Below are positions 1 through 13,373 of a stretch of 64,000 nt of DNA, one piece after another (position 1 is the first letter of the stretch; each line of letters starts with the position of its first letter). Made by a program: the position numbers and the translations under genes. The stretch covers positions 20,896,001-20,960,000 of the forward strand of contig CM052816.1 of the NCBI GenBank assembly GCA_028534125.1, written 5' to 3'. The stretch comes from Lama glama (Eukaryota). Below the pieces are notes generated by a model. The model had not been told where the DNA came from and ran no database searches. It was given only the letters and a program-made list of their open reading frames with translations.

Positions 1-819
1 ATAGCACTTCAGAGCTTGTAAAACTCTGTACATCTTTTGGTGCAGAGATGGAAACATTCTAAATATTCAAGGTATAATCTTATTTCTAATAACATAGGCC
101 AAAATTAACAGAGAAGCACTCTGCTATACAGATTAACAATCATTACAAAAGGTCCAAAATGTAACCAAAGCCTGTAACAGTTTCTAAGGCAGGTACCAGG
201 TCTGGCCTCTACTACTACAGGATTCCCTTAGAGTTTCCAAAATGCCTCACTCCTATCAACACTGCCCAAAGGGCAAGTCACAGGGAATGCTTTGGTGCTC
301 CTGACATTGGCTGCACAGTAAGAATGAGGTGTTGAAGTCCTGCACCACACTTTAACACTAATTTCAGACTCATCCAGTACAATCCAGTGTATCTTAGTTC
401 TTTGTAGGATCTGTCAGCTAACACATACAAATCGGTGGAATTATGACAGATATTAACACTTAACACATAGATGATTGTGAATGAGCTAAAAAGAACTTTT
501 AACTCTTGTCCTAGGACTTCAAGCTATACCTCAAATTTATACAGAACATCTCTCACCTGCATAAGTAGGCCAGGATACAAATCTTTACACCATAGTTAAC
601 AAGAATCAATTCCTCAATTAAATTTACGATGCCTATACCCAACAATACATCTATCCAATTCTAATCTTCCGAGGAGAAAATTATTTAGACTTTGACGCTT
701 GGGATATTAGTCAACAAACTTTTAAGAACATACATTCTCAGCAAGAGCCTCCAGGTCCAAAAACCTCAGTTAACAACTTGAAAGTAGAAAGGGTCTACTT
801 TCCCGAGAGCAACACACAT

Positions 820-1417
820 GGCATTTGTAACGGGAGTTCCTTTAATTAGGGAAAGGGGGGAAAATAAGGGTGGGAGTCAAAGCAGAGTTTAGTGTGAAGA
901 AGGTCAGAGCATACCTTTGTTGTTCTGTTAATCCATGCCATGCTCTAGCTCTCAGAAACAGAGGGAGACCCCTCTCCCATCCCCACACCAGGTGGGGAGC
1001 CTTTGTGGCAATCTCCACAGCAGATTTTTATAGCACAATTAGAGTTCCTGCCATATATGTCATAACAAAAAGTTTGCTTGATAGCTAGGTATAGCTTGTG
1101 CTATAGCTCAACTTTCTAAAACAAACTTCTCTTTGTATAAGCATGATTAAACATACAAGGAGTGAAGCATAAGCTCAGTAAGACTAACTGGGCTCCTAAA
1201 TAGTACCGTTATGAAAATGATACAATGCACTTCATTTCTGTATCTAACTATTTAGAAGTCAAAATGCTCCATACGTTACCTAATATCCCCTCCCCCCAAA
1301 ACCCCTAAAAACTGACTAAGAAATCTCCAGTATTTAATTGCTCTAGTTGATATTTAGAACAAAGTTGACAACTTAAAGCTTTATAATAGTCTGTTTTAAT
1401 ATAAACAATTGTTAGAA
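820..1417 (-). other. HSPA4: HSPA4 3' UTR, proximal part (may extend further); candidate ATTAAA poly(A) signals at 1395-1400 and 841-846
   Basis: Non-repetitive sequence after the stop; plus-strand TTTAAT hexamers. The actual cleavage site cannot be determined from sequence. Confidence 0.55.
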
Positions 1418-1621
1418 TCAATCAATGTCCATTTCAGGAAGCTTCTTGTCTGAATCAGAAGGCACAGCTGTGTCTGTACCCTGCTCAGCAGCCTGAGGGC
1501 CTGGGTTGTCTCCTTGGCCGTCCACTGGTCCATTCTGCTCTGCATTTTTTTGCTCCTCTTTTGGAGGCTCCACTTTGGGTTTGGGTTTTGAAATTATAGG
1601 ATTACACATACTCATCAGCTC
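1418..1621 (-). CDS. HSPA4: HSPA4 exon 19 coding part (204 nt including TGA)
   Basis: [70 protein letters not shown] acceptor. Confidence 0.97.
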   Translation of the reverse strand, partial: ELMSMCNPIISKPKPKVEPPKEEQKNAEQNGPVDGQGDNPGPQAAEQGTDTAVPSDSDKKLPEMDID

Positions 1622-1830
1622 CTAGAACAGCAGGAGAGAAAATTGTAGTTTCTTATAAAATAATAAATTTCACATGACATACTAAAACCCAAGTCCACCC
1701 TTTGCGCCCAATCCCCAAGCCGTTAGTTAAGTTGCAATAATGAAATTCTCTCCTAAATGTCATTTTAAGGACTGTTAATAATAAATAATGAGGCTGACAA
1801 GACCGTTGAATCTATAAAATTGTAAATTAC

Positions 1831-1992
1831 TTTAATTTTAGCTTCAATCTCTTTCGCCTTGACAACTGGATCCACAGTCAGACTCTGCTTGTTCTGCAGA
1901 TTCAGCTTGTTATTCATCCATTCCATGGCTTCATTCGTGCTTTTTTCCACCTTCACCATGTCAGCAGCATCCAAATGGTCATACTGGTCCTC
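1831..1992 (-). CDS. HSPA4: HSPA4 exon 18 (162 nt)
   Basis: [57 protein letters not shown] acceptor, GTAATT donor. Confidence 0.97.
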
Positions 1993-3023
1993 CTGTAACC
2001 AGGAGTCAACCATAAACGTGTCAGGGATGATATTCTCCCTACTCAAATATCACGTAGTTCTTCACCATCTTTCAAAAAGTTACACCTTTCCCAATATGAA
2101 GCACATCTAGCCTCACAATCTAAATAGACATTCAATTCCTTAAAAATTCAAGAACAGAAAAACCTCAATTTTCAAAACACTAAGGAAATACATTTTAAAG
2201 TCAAAAACATAAGGTGTAATTAAAAAGCTTCAACAGTATAAACAGCACATGCTTTACACAAAATCTTAGAGAATTTCACAATGTAAAAAAAGTTACACTA
2301 TCATTAGATACGAGACCTTAAGTTTACACAGGCACCCACTTTAGAAACCAAAACAATCTTTTTTCACAACAATAATACAATTTTTAAAGGAGGCCTTTCA
2401 GAAGTAAAATTCAAAAATTTAAATAACAGTATTTTTTTAAAAGTTCAATTTATCTGCCTTAAAGTTTCTTGCACTGACAATACATCAAGAACCTGGAGTG
2501 GAGTGGTTAGCAACCCAAACTTTGGAATCAGACCTCAGGCCAAATCCCAGCTCCAATAGTAACCCTGGGTGAAGCTTAGAAATCAGCCATAAATGTCGAT
2601 ACCACCACCTACTTAATAAGGGTACTGTGTGGGTTTAATGAGATAATATATTGATGAAATATATTTTGTAAAGTGCTCAAAAGCCCTGATAAGTAATTTA
2701 TAGTTGAGACAGTCCTACATCTGCATAACAAACCAAACCATTTACCTAGTATGTTCTAAGAGCAGAATAGAGCAGGTTAAGTCACCAATGAAACACTTCA
2801 TAGCAAGAAAAGGAAACTGAACAATATTGCTCAATTCCAGATTCCACTTATTGAAGAGCATCAAATACCAGAGTTCTTAGTAAGACTCCATAAATATTAT
2901 ACAGTACATTAAGATCCAAAACGAAACCAGTATTATTTAACAATAGTTTTTTAAAAGACTGCTATGTAAATGTCTCAAAACTTTACCAAAACAGTAGTAG
3001 GGAAGAGGAATAAAAAAAGATAC

Positions 3024-3143
3024 CTTGTTTTTGAAAGAGCTGATTACTTTCATATACTGTTGGATTTGTTTCCCTAGTTCTTCAAATAATTTTGGTCTTT
3101 CTTCAGATTCCTGGAATCTTATCTTAATAGGCTGACCTAGATT
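3024..3143 (-). CDS. HSPA4: HSPA4 exon 17 (120 nt)
   Basis: [43 protein letters not shown] acceptor, GTATCT donor. Confidence 0.97.
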
Positions 3144-4590
3144 CTTAACAGAGAGAGAATATACAAACTCATCATAAGGAAGTTTAAACTCTCAGAGTTG
3201 TGTTTTTCTAAGATTGATTATAAATTAAAATGTATTTAATCCCAATGTTCTATATGTTAAGAAGCTGAGTATTTTTCCCCAGCCCACTGAAATAATATCC
3301 TCAGGCCTCACTAGAATGTACCTCAATATTGTTCCATGTGGGACCACTTCAACTTGTCACTTGAGCCCTAGTTCTCAAAAAAAACTGAGGAGACAACCAA
3401 AAATTACCTGCCTCCTGACAATGATATAAACACTAAATATGAAGTACATCTGCCAAAAAAATTTTTTTAAAGCCTGTATCTGACAGCCTCTAGCTCTAAC
3501 CATCAACTAATCAAATAATACTGAACACCACAGAGGTGAAAATGAGCAAAATCCAGACTGAAAATAAATCCTACAGGGCAAATGATCTCTTTTTTTCATC
3601 AACTAAATAAGGGAGGAGAAATGATGCATAGAGAACTACAGACACAGATTTAAGGGACTTATCAGTAGAATAAATGGAACTTACTTGGATCTTGAGTCAA
3701 ATAAACTAAAAGATAATTTATGAAACAACTGAACTTGAAAGCTGACTATATGGTGATATTAAGGAATTTTTTTGTGCGTGTAATAATGGTTCAGCTTAAG
3801 GTTACATTTTCTTTTAGATACATACTGAAATATTTTTGGATTAAATATAACATGAGACTTGCTTAAAATAGCTGGCAGTGGAAGGGAACAGAAATGAAAT
3901 AAAACTGGCCATAAGTTGAGAACAGCTGAAGCTATTTTTCTATTTTCAAGTGTTGGACATCTCTCATAATAAAAAGTTAATAAAAAAATCAGTAAAGATC
4001 TCACTGGAAGCTCCTGATATTCTTGCAGAATGACTGCAGGCATTGTCCTTAAGCAACTCCATTCTAAAGATTAGTCACACTGGCCCAGTCTGACAAGTAA
4101 CTAAGCAATTCAGAGAACGTAAAAAGTTCTTGTGCATTTGTATCTTTTTCCAAACAGAAGGCCTCAACTTTAGATAATTCTTTTTACTTTTAACCCTAAG
4201 GTTTAACTATCAAATTCTTTGAATACAAAACCAGATGCTTCTGGCTCTATTAAGAATCAAAGCTTATACAAAGCCCCACTCCAACTGCACTACAGGTGCC
4301 TTTAGGACAGGGACACATCTTGCTAGTCTTTCTCTTCATTCCCAAGAATACGTTCCACCGCCAATTCACTGAAACATTTGAAGTCAAAACTCAATTTTCA
4401 GGAAAAATTCTTCTGTTATTATCAAATTCTACAAGTGAGAAACATAATGAACCTAAGTGATAAAAAGTACAGCTCTTCAATCACTTTCAACCTGTCTTCA
4501 TTACTTAACATGAGAATTCCCAATTTTGACATACTCTCCATGGAAACTACAGCATGGATTCAAACACTTCTGCTTTCAAGAGTCACCTAC

Positions 4591-4698
4591 TTTTAATTCA
4601 GCCAATTTATCAACATAAACTTGCTTTGGCTGGTCTTCTCCATCCTCATACAACCAATTTTCAGTATCTTCTAGTTTCAAGGTAAAATTGTTACGATC
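4591..4698 (-). CDS. HSPA4: HSPA4 exon 16 (108 nt)
   Basis: [39 protein letters not shown] acceptor, GTAGGT donor. Confidence 0.97.
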
Positions 4699-4915
4699 CT
4701 GAAGATGAAGGAAACATTGTAATTAAGTCAATCAAAAACCAGTTGATTCAACAATGAAGGTACGGGAACAGACCGTGATATATCTGGATATATTTAACAA
4801 TATTGACAAGATACTGTTTTGCTCGATAGGCATGGGGGATTTCATTACACTATTCTCTCCACTCTTGGGGACATTTGAACATGTTTGAAAATCTCATAAT
4901 TAAGAATTACATTTA

Positions 4916-5044
4916 TCTTGTAATAACCTTTAATGGAAAAAAATATGAAAATGAATATATGTATGTATATGAATGACTGGGACATTATACTGTACACCAG
5001 AAATTGACACATTATAAATGACTATAATTTAAAAAAATAAAATA
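4916..5044 (+). mobile_element. 5'-truncated L1 3' end with 11-bp TSD; an older L1MA-like 3' fragment follows (about 5066-5270)
   Basis: L1 3' UTR-like CTGTACACCAGAAATTGACACATT, A-tail, AATTACATTTA at 4905-4915 and 5045-5055. Confidence 0.75.
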
Positions 5045-5560
5045 AATTACATTTAAAAATAAGTGACTTATACAGTGAATAATACTGTACTGCACATTTG
5101 AAAGTTGCTAAGAGATTAAATGTTAAAAGTTAACAAGAAAAAAAATTTATAACTATGTATAGTGATGGATGTTTAACTAGACTTATTGTGGTGACCATTT
5201 CATAACGTATACAATGAATCATTATGTGGTACACCTGAAACTAATATAAAGTTATATGTCACTTATACCTCTTTTTTTTTTTGAAGAAGTGAGTTAAATA
5301 AACACTGGGGAAAAGTGAGCTGATTTAAAGAAAAATACTAGGTAAACAATAGCATGCAAATATATTCAAAAGTGATGCACAAAGACCAACCTTTGGGTAA
5401 AGACTAATACAAAATAAAACGATATTAAACTTTTCCCCAAAACAGTACATTTTTCATCATTTTACTGTTACACCTACAGATGCAAACTTCCCTCTTAACT
5501 ACATTTAAGGATGCTCCCAGGAGACACACAGTAAGCAGGTACATTGCGTCACATACTTAC

Positions 5561-5686
5561 ATCTTCATTCACAAACTTCTCGTATTCACCACTAAGCTTG
5601 TCTCTCATTTCGTACACATATTCTTCTACTGCATTCTTAGCATCATTCCTCTCCTTCTCCAGTTTATCCTGCATTATCATCTTACC
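5561..5686 (-). CDS. HSPA4: HSPA4 exon 15 (126 nt)
   Basis: [45 protein letters not shown] acceptor, GTAAGT donor. Confidence 0.97.
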
Positions 5687-5938
5687 CTGTGAACAGTATA
5701 AATCAGACATTCAGAAAACTGAGACAAGTTCCTCTTAAATAGAAGCAATATAATTATAAAAGTAAAGAAGCCTTCTTCCCCTTAGTTCTCCTAATCATAC
5801 AAGAGAAGAGAGCTAGAAGCATTAGTCTTCAGTAAATTATGAGGACCAAGTGAGCGTTTGTGGGTGTGCTTAGAAAAAAAGAGCAATAATCACATTAAGT
5901 CATAAGAAGCCACAAAGTGCCATATACTATGTGATTCC

Positions 5939-6059
5939 CAGGGCGAGAAGTAGGATGAGGCAAGGTTGGTGTCCAGGGCTGTGTCAGACCTGAGAGCGAG
6001 TGACTCCTTACATTCTGCTCTATAGACACATCACTTGTTTCACCCTAGTCCTGGCCCTG
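5939..6059. mobile_element. hAT MITE (MER96-like) nested in an old L1M 3' fragment (about 5880-6390)
   Basis: Terminal inverted repeats CAGGGC...GCCCTG; 8-bp TSD GTGATTCC/ATGATTCC. Confidence 0.75.
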
Positions 6060-7096
6060 ATGATTCCATTTGTATGACATTCTGGAAAAGGCAAAAAAAA
6101 CCCGAGTGAAATGTAGATGAGTGCTTACTAGGGGTTGGGATGGGGAAAGGGTTCACTACAAAGGAGCAGAATGAGGGAATTTTTTTGCGGGGGGGCGTGA
6201 CAGAAGGTCAACTGACTGCAGTGGTGGCTACATGACTATGTGTATTTATGTGAACTCATAGAATGATATACCAAAAAGAGTTAATTTTAGTCCATGTAAA
6301 TTTAAAAGTGAATAGAAAGCAAGAAAAAAAATCCAGGTGACAATTCATGATACTATTTTCTCTCTTTATGTCACGTATTTTTCATAATAAAGAGCAAAAA
6401 CATCAACCAAAAAAAGAGCAATAGAAGAAATATGAATATGCACAAACCCAAAAGCATAAATAAGGAAAAGAATTAAAGAGAACTTAAAGAAACTACTAGC
6501 TCAACGTCACAAGGTGGGTATACTCTGCTTGTATTACACACACAGAAAAATCAAATTATTTACATAGTACAGATACTAAAGGTTCTGTAAAACAAAACTT
6601 TTCTAAGATCCAATGCATACATGGTAAGAAGCCTCACAGACAAAAATTGAGTAATTGTGTTCCAGGGCCCCAAACCTTGCATCACTCACCATAAATTAGA
6701 GTTACTTATTGAATGGCAACAGGGAAGGAACTAATAAAACGCAGTGCTGCCATTAACGCTAAAGTGATTTCTCCCACCAATCAACTTTTCTGACCCTGGC
6801 CTTAAACATCCCAATCTCTAATGACAACCATAACAAGACACCCAAACAGAAATGATACCTCCCCTAAATGTCAAAGATCTCATAACAGATCTTTTACCAT
6901 AAAAACATAATTATCATCATAAAAATTTTTGATGTAAATGAGATCTATTAAACTTGCCCTCCAGTACCCCAAACCCAAAATTGTTTTCAAACTCCAAACA
7001 ACCAAAAATGCACAAAGGTCAATACACCCAGAGTTTGAATACTATAGTCACACTAATTTGTTAGGCTTATTGTTCTAAAAGACTTAAAATAACAAC

Positions 7097-7249
7097 CTCA
7101 TTTTCAATGTACAAGTTAAGCATCTCCCTGTCTATCTGCCATAACAGATGATTCTCAATTGGCAGGTCCACAGTACTGGTTTTCACTTTTGCCTTCTTAG
7201 CTTGAGGTGGTTGGTCCATCTTTTTGTCTTTTGATCCAGCTTGAGAGGT
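7097..7249 (-). CDS. HSPA4: HSPA4 exon 14 (153 nt)
   Basis: [54 protein letters not shown] acceptor, GTTGTT donor. Confidence 0.96.
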
Positions 7250-9550
7250 CTAAAACAACAGAAATCATTAAGAACAAACACATTACACAGACTCTTAAGC
7301 TTCCAAATGGGTCATATTTTGAAGGCTGGTTTTGCTTTTTTTATTAATTTTGTTTTCTTACAATATCTGGAAAGTTAAGAATATAAATATTACATGAGTA
7401 GTCAAATCCATAGATATAGGAAGTAATGGTGTCTACCAGGGGATGGGAGGAGGAGGGATAGAGAAATAAGAAATTGTTGTTTAACAGCTATAGTTCCAGT
7501 TTGGCAAAATGAAAAGTTCTGGAGATCCTTTACTGATCCGTACACAAACACATATACTATATACATATATACGTACATACACACAAAAACAACCTCCCAT
7601 AATTCCACTACCAACGTACGACCACTATTAAACCTCCAATTTTCTTCCACTCGTACGTAGATATAAAAACTTGCATAGGCAATTAGTGGGAAGAGGGTAT
7701 GAAATTTTTAAGGAGCAGAAAGAGTATCAATATGACTTCCAGAATATTTGTAGCTATTTACATTCTCACAAGGAGTAAGAGATCCACTCTGCTGTACTTT
7801 GGGCACAAACAGGAATTCACTTACCATGATCTATTATTTTTGTTGAGTCAATAACCTTTTTTCATACATTTATAAGACATACTTATTTCTTCAAATTGCC
7901 TGGTCATATTTCATCAACCTTCTCTTGGGATTTTAGTGATTATTCCAAGTGACTGACTCCTCTAGTTTTTTCTAATTTTATATAATTTGTATACACAAGT
8001 TTTCATTGTTGACTCTCTTTTCTTTTGTGATTACTTTCATTACTTTTATGCTATGAATGCTCTTCCTGATCCACAGATTAGAAAAACATTCCAGTTTTTT
8101 TTTTTGTAACTTTCCAATTCATCTGAAATACAATCTGCTTTATGATGTGAAACAAGATTTCAAAGTCAATTCCCCACCTCCTGTCCAAAACTTAAGTCAG
8201 GGCTGAAATTTATGTATCATTTGTATTTTATTTCTCTTAGAAAGAATACTATGAAAAGCACCAATTTCTCAAGCCACTTCAAGGAAGAAACCTAAATAAA
8301 TCCCATGAAACTTCCCACTGCTCCAAAGCATTTGGGGGGGGGGGGGTCCACCTTTCTTTCCTCCTCCTCCAAAACAGGTCTCTCACCTTACAAAAAGCCT
8401 ATAGTACACTAAAGCATCTGGGAGCATGATTTCCTCATCCATTATATTCTTTTTTTTTTTTTTACAATTATTTGCACAGCTAAAGGAAAGTAATTCAAAT
8501 TTGTTAACTAACATTTAAATGGCTGACAGACTTAAGCATCCTGAAGGCTCTGTCCAAGTATTTTTAAATGCCACAATCAGAAATATCTTATAAAATGTGA
8601 TTATACATTGAGATGTATAAATAATTTGAAAGAAAAGCTATTTTCAATGCTGATGACAAAATTTAAACATGAAAACTCCAAAGTCAGAGCTAAAGAAAGG
8701 CAAAATGTTACATATTCAAACACTTGGGATAAATATTATTTACAAAATATATTTCAGTACATTATATTTAAAACTATTTCAACAAGACAAGTTTCAGAGA
8801 ACTAACAAAATTTGAAGAAAAAGAAAAACACGTCTCGTTATCAAGAATAAATCCAGATAGGATGATTTTTAGCAACATTTCAGAAACCAGCATGAATCAA
8901 TCAATAACCTTATAAAACTAAGGTTTCTGAGTGCTTTCTTCCCACATACCAACCAGACTAAAGTCCAAAGACCATTGTGCCAAACATACTTTGCAAACAT
9001 ACTACAAACTCTTGCTTTAAGACTGTTCAAATAATGAAGATTTCTAACATAACTACCTTTCAAGACATGGTATCTCAACCAAAATCATGTATGTGAAAAG
9101 ACTGTATATCATACATACAATTTAGACAGTCACACAGCATATTATCTCCACACTTAATTTGTTGAGGTGGTCACAAAGGCCTGCTCAGGTACAAAAGAAA
9201 GCGACACAGACTTTGAACTTGATGGGGAAGTGGCAAGTCACTGTGAGAAAGCCACATGGGACTGGAAATATTGTTAAGTCCTCTTTAGAAAATACAATTG
9301 ATCATAGGAGTTTACATACATAAAATTTTTTTAGCTTTTATACTTGAGACTTGTGTCCTTTACTATATGTAAGTTGTATCTCGATAGAAAAGTAAATAAA
9401 ATATGAAAAACTTGTAAAAGAATATATTGAGACAAACTTCACTTTTAAACCTTATCCTATATACTTGAGAACATCTATTTAGCCAACCATATAAACATGT
9501 GTACCCCTATATACAACTTGTTAAAATAAAAACAAAAATAAAATTTATAC

Positions 9551-9640
9551 CTCCATTTCTTCAGACTCTGCCTTATTTTCTGCTGGTGTCTGCTGCTGTT
9601 GCTCTTCAACATGTGGTTCCTCCTGGTCCACCTGCATCTT
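9551..9640 (-). CDS. HSPA4: HSPA4 exon 13 (90 nt, acidic loop)
   Basis: [33 protein letters not shown] acceptor, GTATAA donor. Confidence 0.96.
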
Positions 9641-10194
9641 CTGAAAAACAGATCACATCAAATCCTGAAACTAGGAAAATTCTAGTGAAAGACTAAGCAA
9701 CCTTCAGGACACATTGGCAAAATCACATGGTATGGGATACCTGCTCAAGTACCAGCAAGCTGACAACCCAGGCTCCAATTCCAGCTACGACACACATGTT
9801 ATATTTAGAACACAAAAAGTTTTCCTCTCTGCATCTCAGTTAATACATCTATACAATGGAGCTGACATTTGCCCTAACGTTAGATAAATAATAGTGGCTG
9901 GAGAACTACTTTGTAAACTGTAACAGTACTCCTAGGTACACAATGTGGCAATATTTAACACAGTTAACTTCCAAGAGAGTATGAGTTTCTCTTAGCTTCT
10001 TCATGAAGGAATTCCTCACAAGTCTTAACTTTTTCTACTAGTTTTTAAATCAGCCTTTCCATCCTCAAAAGTACAACCATTGTGTGCATTAGGAGAGGTG
10101 AACACCTTGAGAATTCTGTTAAAAGAACAAAGTCTAACAATAATGATAAAGAAGGGAGAAGTTTGTAGAGAAACTGAATCATAATGGCTTTCAG

Positions 10195-10345
10195 TGCCTG
10201 CAGCACATGACAATGACCTCAGAGGCTTTAAGAACTGACACCTGGGCCCTAGCCCAGACCAATTCAAAATCTGTGGGGATGAGACTGAGACCCAAACATC
10301 TGTAGCTTCATAAAGCCTTAATTTTGATACACAATAAGGACAAGA
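10195..10345. mobile_element. MER5A-like hAT-Charlie MITE remnant
   Basis: CCTGGGCCCTAGCCCAGACCAATTCAAAATCTGTGGGG resembles the recalled MER5A core. Confidence 0.55.
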
Positions 10346-10742
10346 CCCAATGTATGATTCCACTAAGTAAGTGTGAATTCTACATTACTTGTGAAAATAA
10401 TCAACCAAGACTCATAGCATTCTTCAGTAATCAGAAGGAATAAAGAATAACCCATACTTCAATTTTAAAAAATATACTTATATATCTAGAAAAAAAACCC
10501 CAAATTGAGAAGTGCATGGTCTGCAGGAGGAAGCCAACTATGTCCCATTTCTATATAAATTCTGTATAAGGACTCTGCACTAGTCCACACATAATGGGGG
10601 AACAGGACGCATGCAAACCTATTCTTATCAGCTTTGTCACAATGTTCCTCCCTTGTCACCCAGTCCATCTGCTGGAGTTTCTAGACAAGTATTACCTGAG
10701 CCATTATAAATGGCCTAAAATGGTATAAAATGTCCAGATTAC

Positions 10743-10924
10743 CTCTTCCTCCTTTGCATTCTGATCTGTTTCCATTGGTTCCTCATTTTCCTCAAACTTG
10801 TGCACTTCCACTAGAGAGGCACTGGACACACTGAAAATGCCATGGACATTTACTCGAACCTTGACTTTCACTTTTGAACTGGAGCCATCAGACTGAGGAG
10901 TGACTTTCTGAACTGAAAACTGAG
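10743..10924 (-). CDS. HSPA4: HSPA4 exon 12 (182 nt)
   Basis: [63 protein letters not shown] acceptor, GTAATC donor. Confidence 0.97.
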
Positions 10925-11931
10925 CTAAGGACATATGAAAGACAAAAGAGAACACATAATCTAAGAGGATGAATTCTAACACAAACTTATGCCCATACTG
11001 CCAGGTTATGTCCATTTCTCAGTGAAAAGTCAGTAACATGCTACTTCAAATAAGCCAAGTGGGCACTCTTTGAGTCTTACTAAATCATCAGATTTCTCCT
11101 TCCTCTTTCACATACAGTCAAACTCTCACTATCTTGTCCCAAGTAAGGACTTAAATGTCTCCTAACTCTTCAAACATGTCCTTCCCCTCCAGCCTTATTC
11201 CAGTTCATCTTTATATGCTACTGCCAGATAAACTCCTATAACAGATCTGCCACAATCTCCTCTGATGAAAAAAAAAAACCACCAGTGATTCCATACTGCT
11301 TATCACTTATCAAGAAGCTGCCATTTCTAGACTGTTACTATACCAGTTTTACTTATGCTTTTTAACTTAAAAAAAAAAAAAAACTCTGTAAAGTATGAAT
11401 TTTCATGCTTATTTCTGATTTTTACACATGAGGAAAATAAAGTATGTTAACTTTTCAAGTTTCTAAGTACCATTCAGGATATTCCTAATACCTTACCCAC
11501 ACAGTCTAGTTTCATAATTATCATGTAACTAGTTTTTCTCCTCAACTGGTTTTATTTCCAGACTTGAAGTTTCTCAGAGTCCATGAAGACTCAAGCCAAC
11601 ATGGTCTATAACCTATGATACTCATATCACAATTTCCTAATGATTTTTCTGTGTACATCTTATAACTATGTTAGGGTCAGACTCCTTTCAGTAACCAGCA
11701 CCACATTAAGTACAAGGTGTAACAACAACACACATTTACCAAGAACTACAGCCCACAAAAGGAGATTCAATTAAACAACCCTGCTGGTTCTCACCTGGTA
11801 ACAAGACTGGAAGAGGTTTTTATTTGTAAACTAAAATACCTAAATTTCAGCATACTGTACTTGCTTTGCTATCCCAGTTCTCCCAAGTACACGTAACTTG
11901 TTTTTTTTTCCATTCCCAACTCTTTACTTAC

Positions 11932-12065
11932 CTATAGCAGGATCTGGATAGGGCAAATCCTGAGGAGAGCTATAATAAGCATCAAGTGTGAAAGGTTCCT
12001 TTCTATAAAACGTGAGTACTTTAGAGAAAGGAGCAGCATGATTTTTTGAAAAGACTTCACAGTCA
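11932..12065 (-). CDS. HSPA4: HSPA4 exon 11 (134 nt)
   Basis: [47 protein letters not shown] acceptor, GTAAGT donor. Confidence 0.97.
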
Positions 12066-12300
12066 CTGAATGGAGGAAAAAGACAAAAACACAAATTTAG
12101 GATATTTCTAACACTTTTACCCATGTGTTCTAGCTTTGTAATTATTCAACACTCTGAATTGACAGCTGGTACCTCTGGAGACTCTCTACCAGGGACTAAC
12201 AGCCTGTCTCTGAGGTTGAGGTTTGGGGGGGGGGGCAGTATTTGCCTGAATGGTTAGGAAAGCTGGCATCATTTCCAGATAAGAGTCTTCAAGAAAAAAA

Positions 12301-12353
12301 TATGTGTGTGTGTATATATATATGTACGTGTGTGTGTAGATAGATATATATAT
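12301..12353. repeat. Mixed (TG)n/(TA)n microsatellite
   Basis: Read directly from the sequence. Confidence 0.85.
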
Positions 12354-12577
12354 GGTCTATTTGAAATATTTATATATTTCAACCAGCACATAAAAGGCAT
12401 CAATTATTTCAGCAGATCAAATACTGGAAACTACACAGATTTATTCTGATGACTAAACTAAGTAATCACTTTGCTTCATATATTGTAACAAAATATTATT
12501 TTGTGTAAGGTGAAATGGAGAGTACTACTTTACTGAGACAACTTTTCAGTATAAAAATGATTAATAAACATTATTAC

Positions 12578-12684
12578 CTTGACCCTTCTTCAGCTGGAGA
12601 ATTCCATCTTAGAGATATTGGATACGGTACTACATCAGTGATAGAAAATTCTCTGACTTTGAAAGCAGGCGATAAGATTGCACA
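12578..12684 (-). CDS. HSPA4: HSPA4 exon 10 (107 nt)
   Basis: [38 protein letters not shown] acceptor, GTAATA donor. Confidence 0.97.
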
Positions 12685-13115
12685 CTAGAATAATAATTTT
12701 AAAATTCCATTTGGCAAGTACACATTATGAACTAATTATCACAAGACCTATAAATAATGATTTCAGAAGACCATCATCAACGGCTTTTAAGTATTTACCT
12801 TAACAATTTAACAGTATCTGAATAAATGGTCTTACAAATGTCTATCATTTGTCAAATTATCCATATTAATCTAGCTATTTCTTACCATTTTTTCATTAAC
12901 TTCAATCTTTATTTAACGATGTACAACACTACTTCATACAATGAATAAGCCAAATTCCAGTGGTATTTCAAGCTTATCTATGTTTCCAGTAAATTATTTC
13001 ATCTTATTACATGTTCTAGAGTATAATTTCATCTATGAATGCCACCTCTGATAACAATTTTTAAAAAAAAACCTTTTAAAATCTTAGACCTTGAGATCAC
13101 CCTGAGCTAACCTTA

Positions 13116-13373
<258 letters not shown>

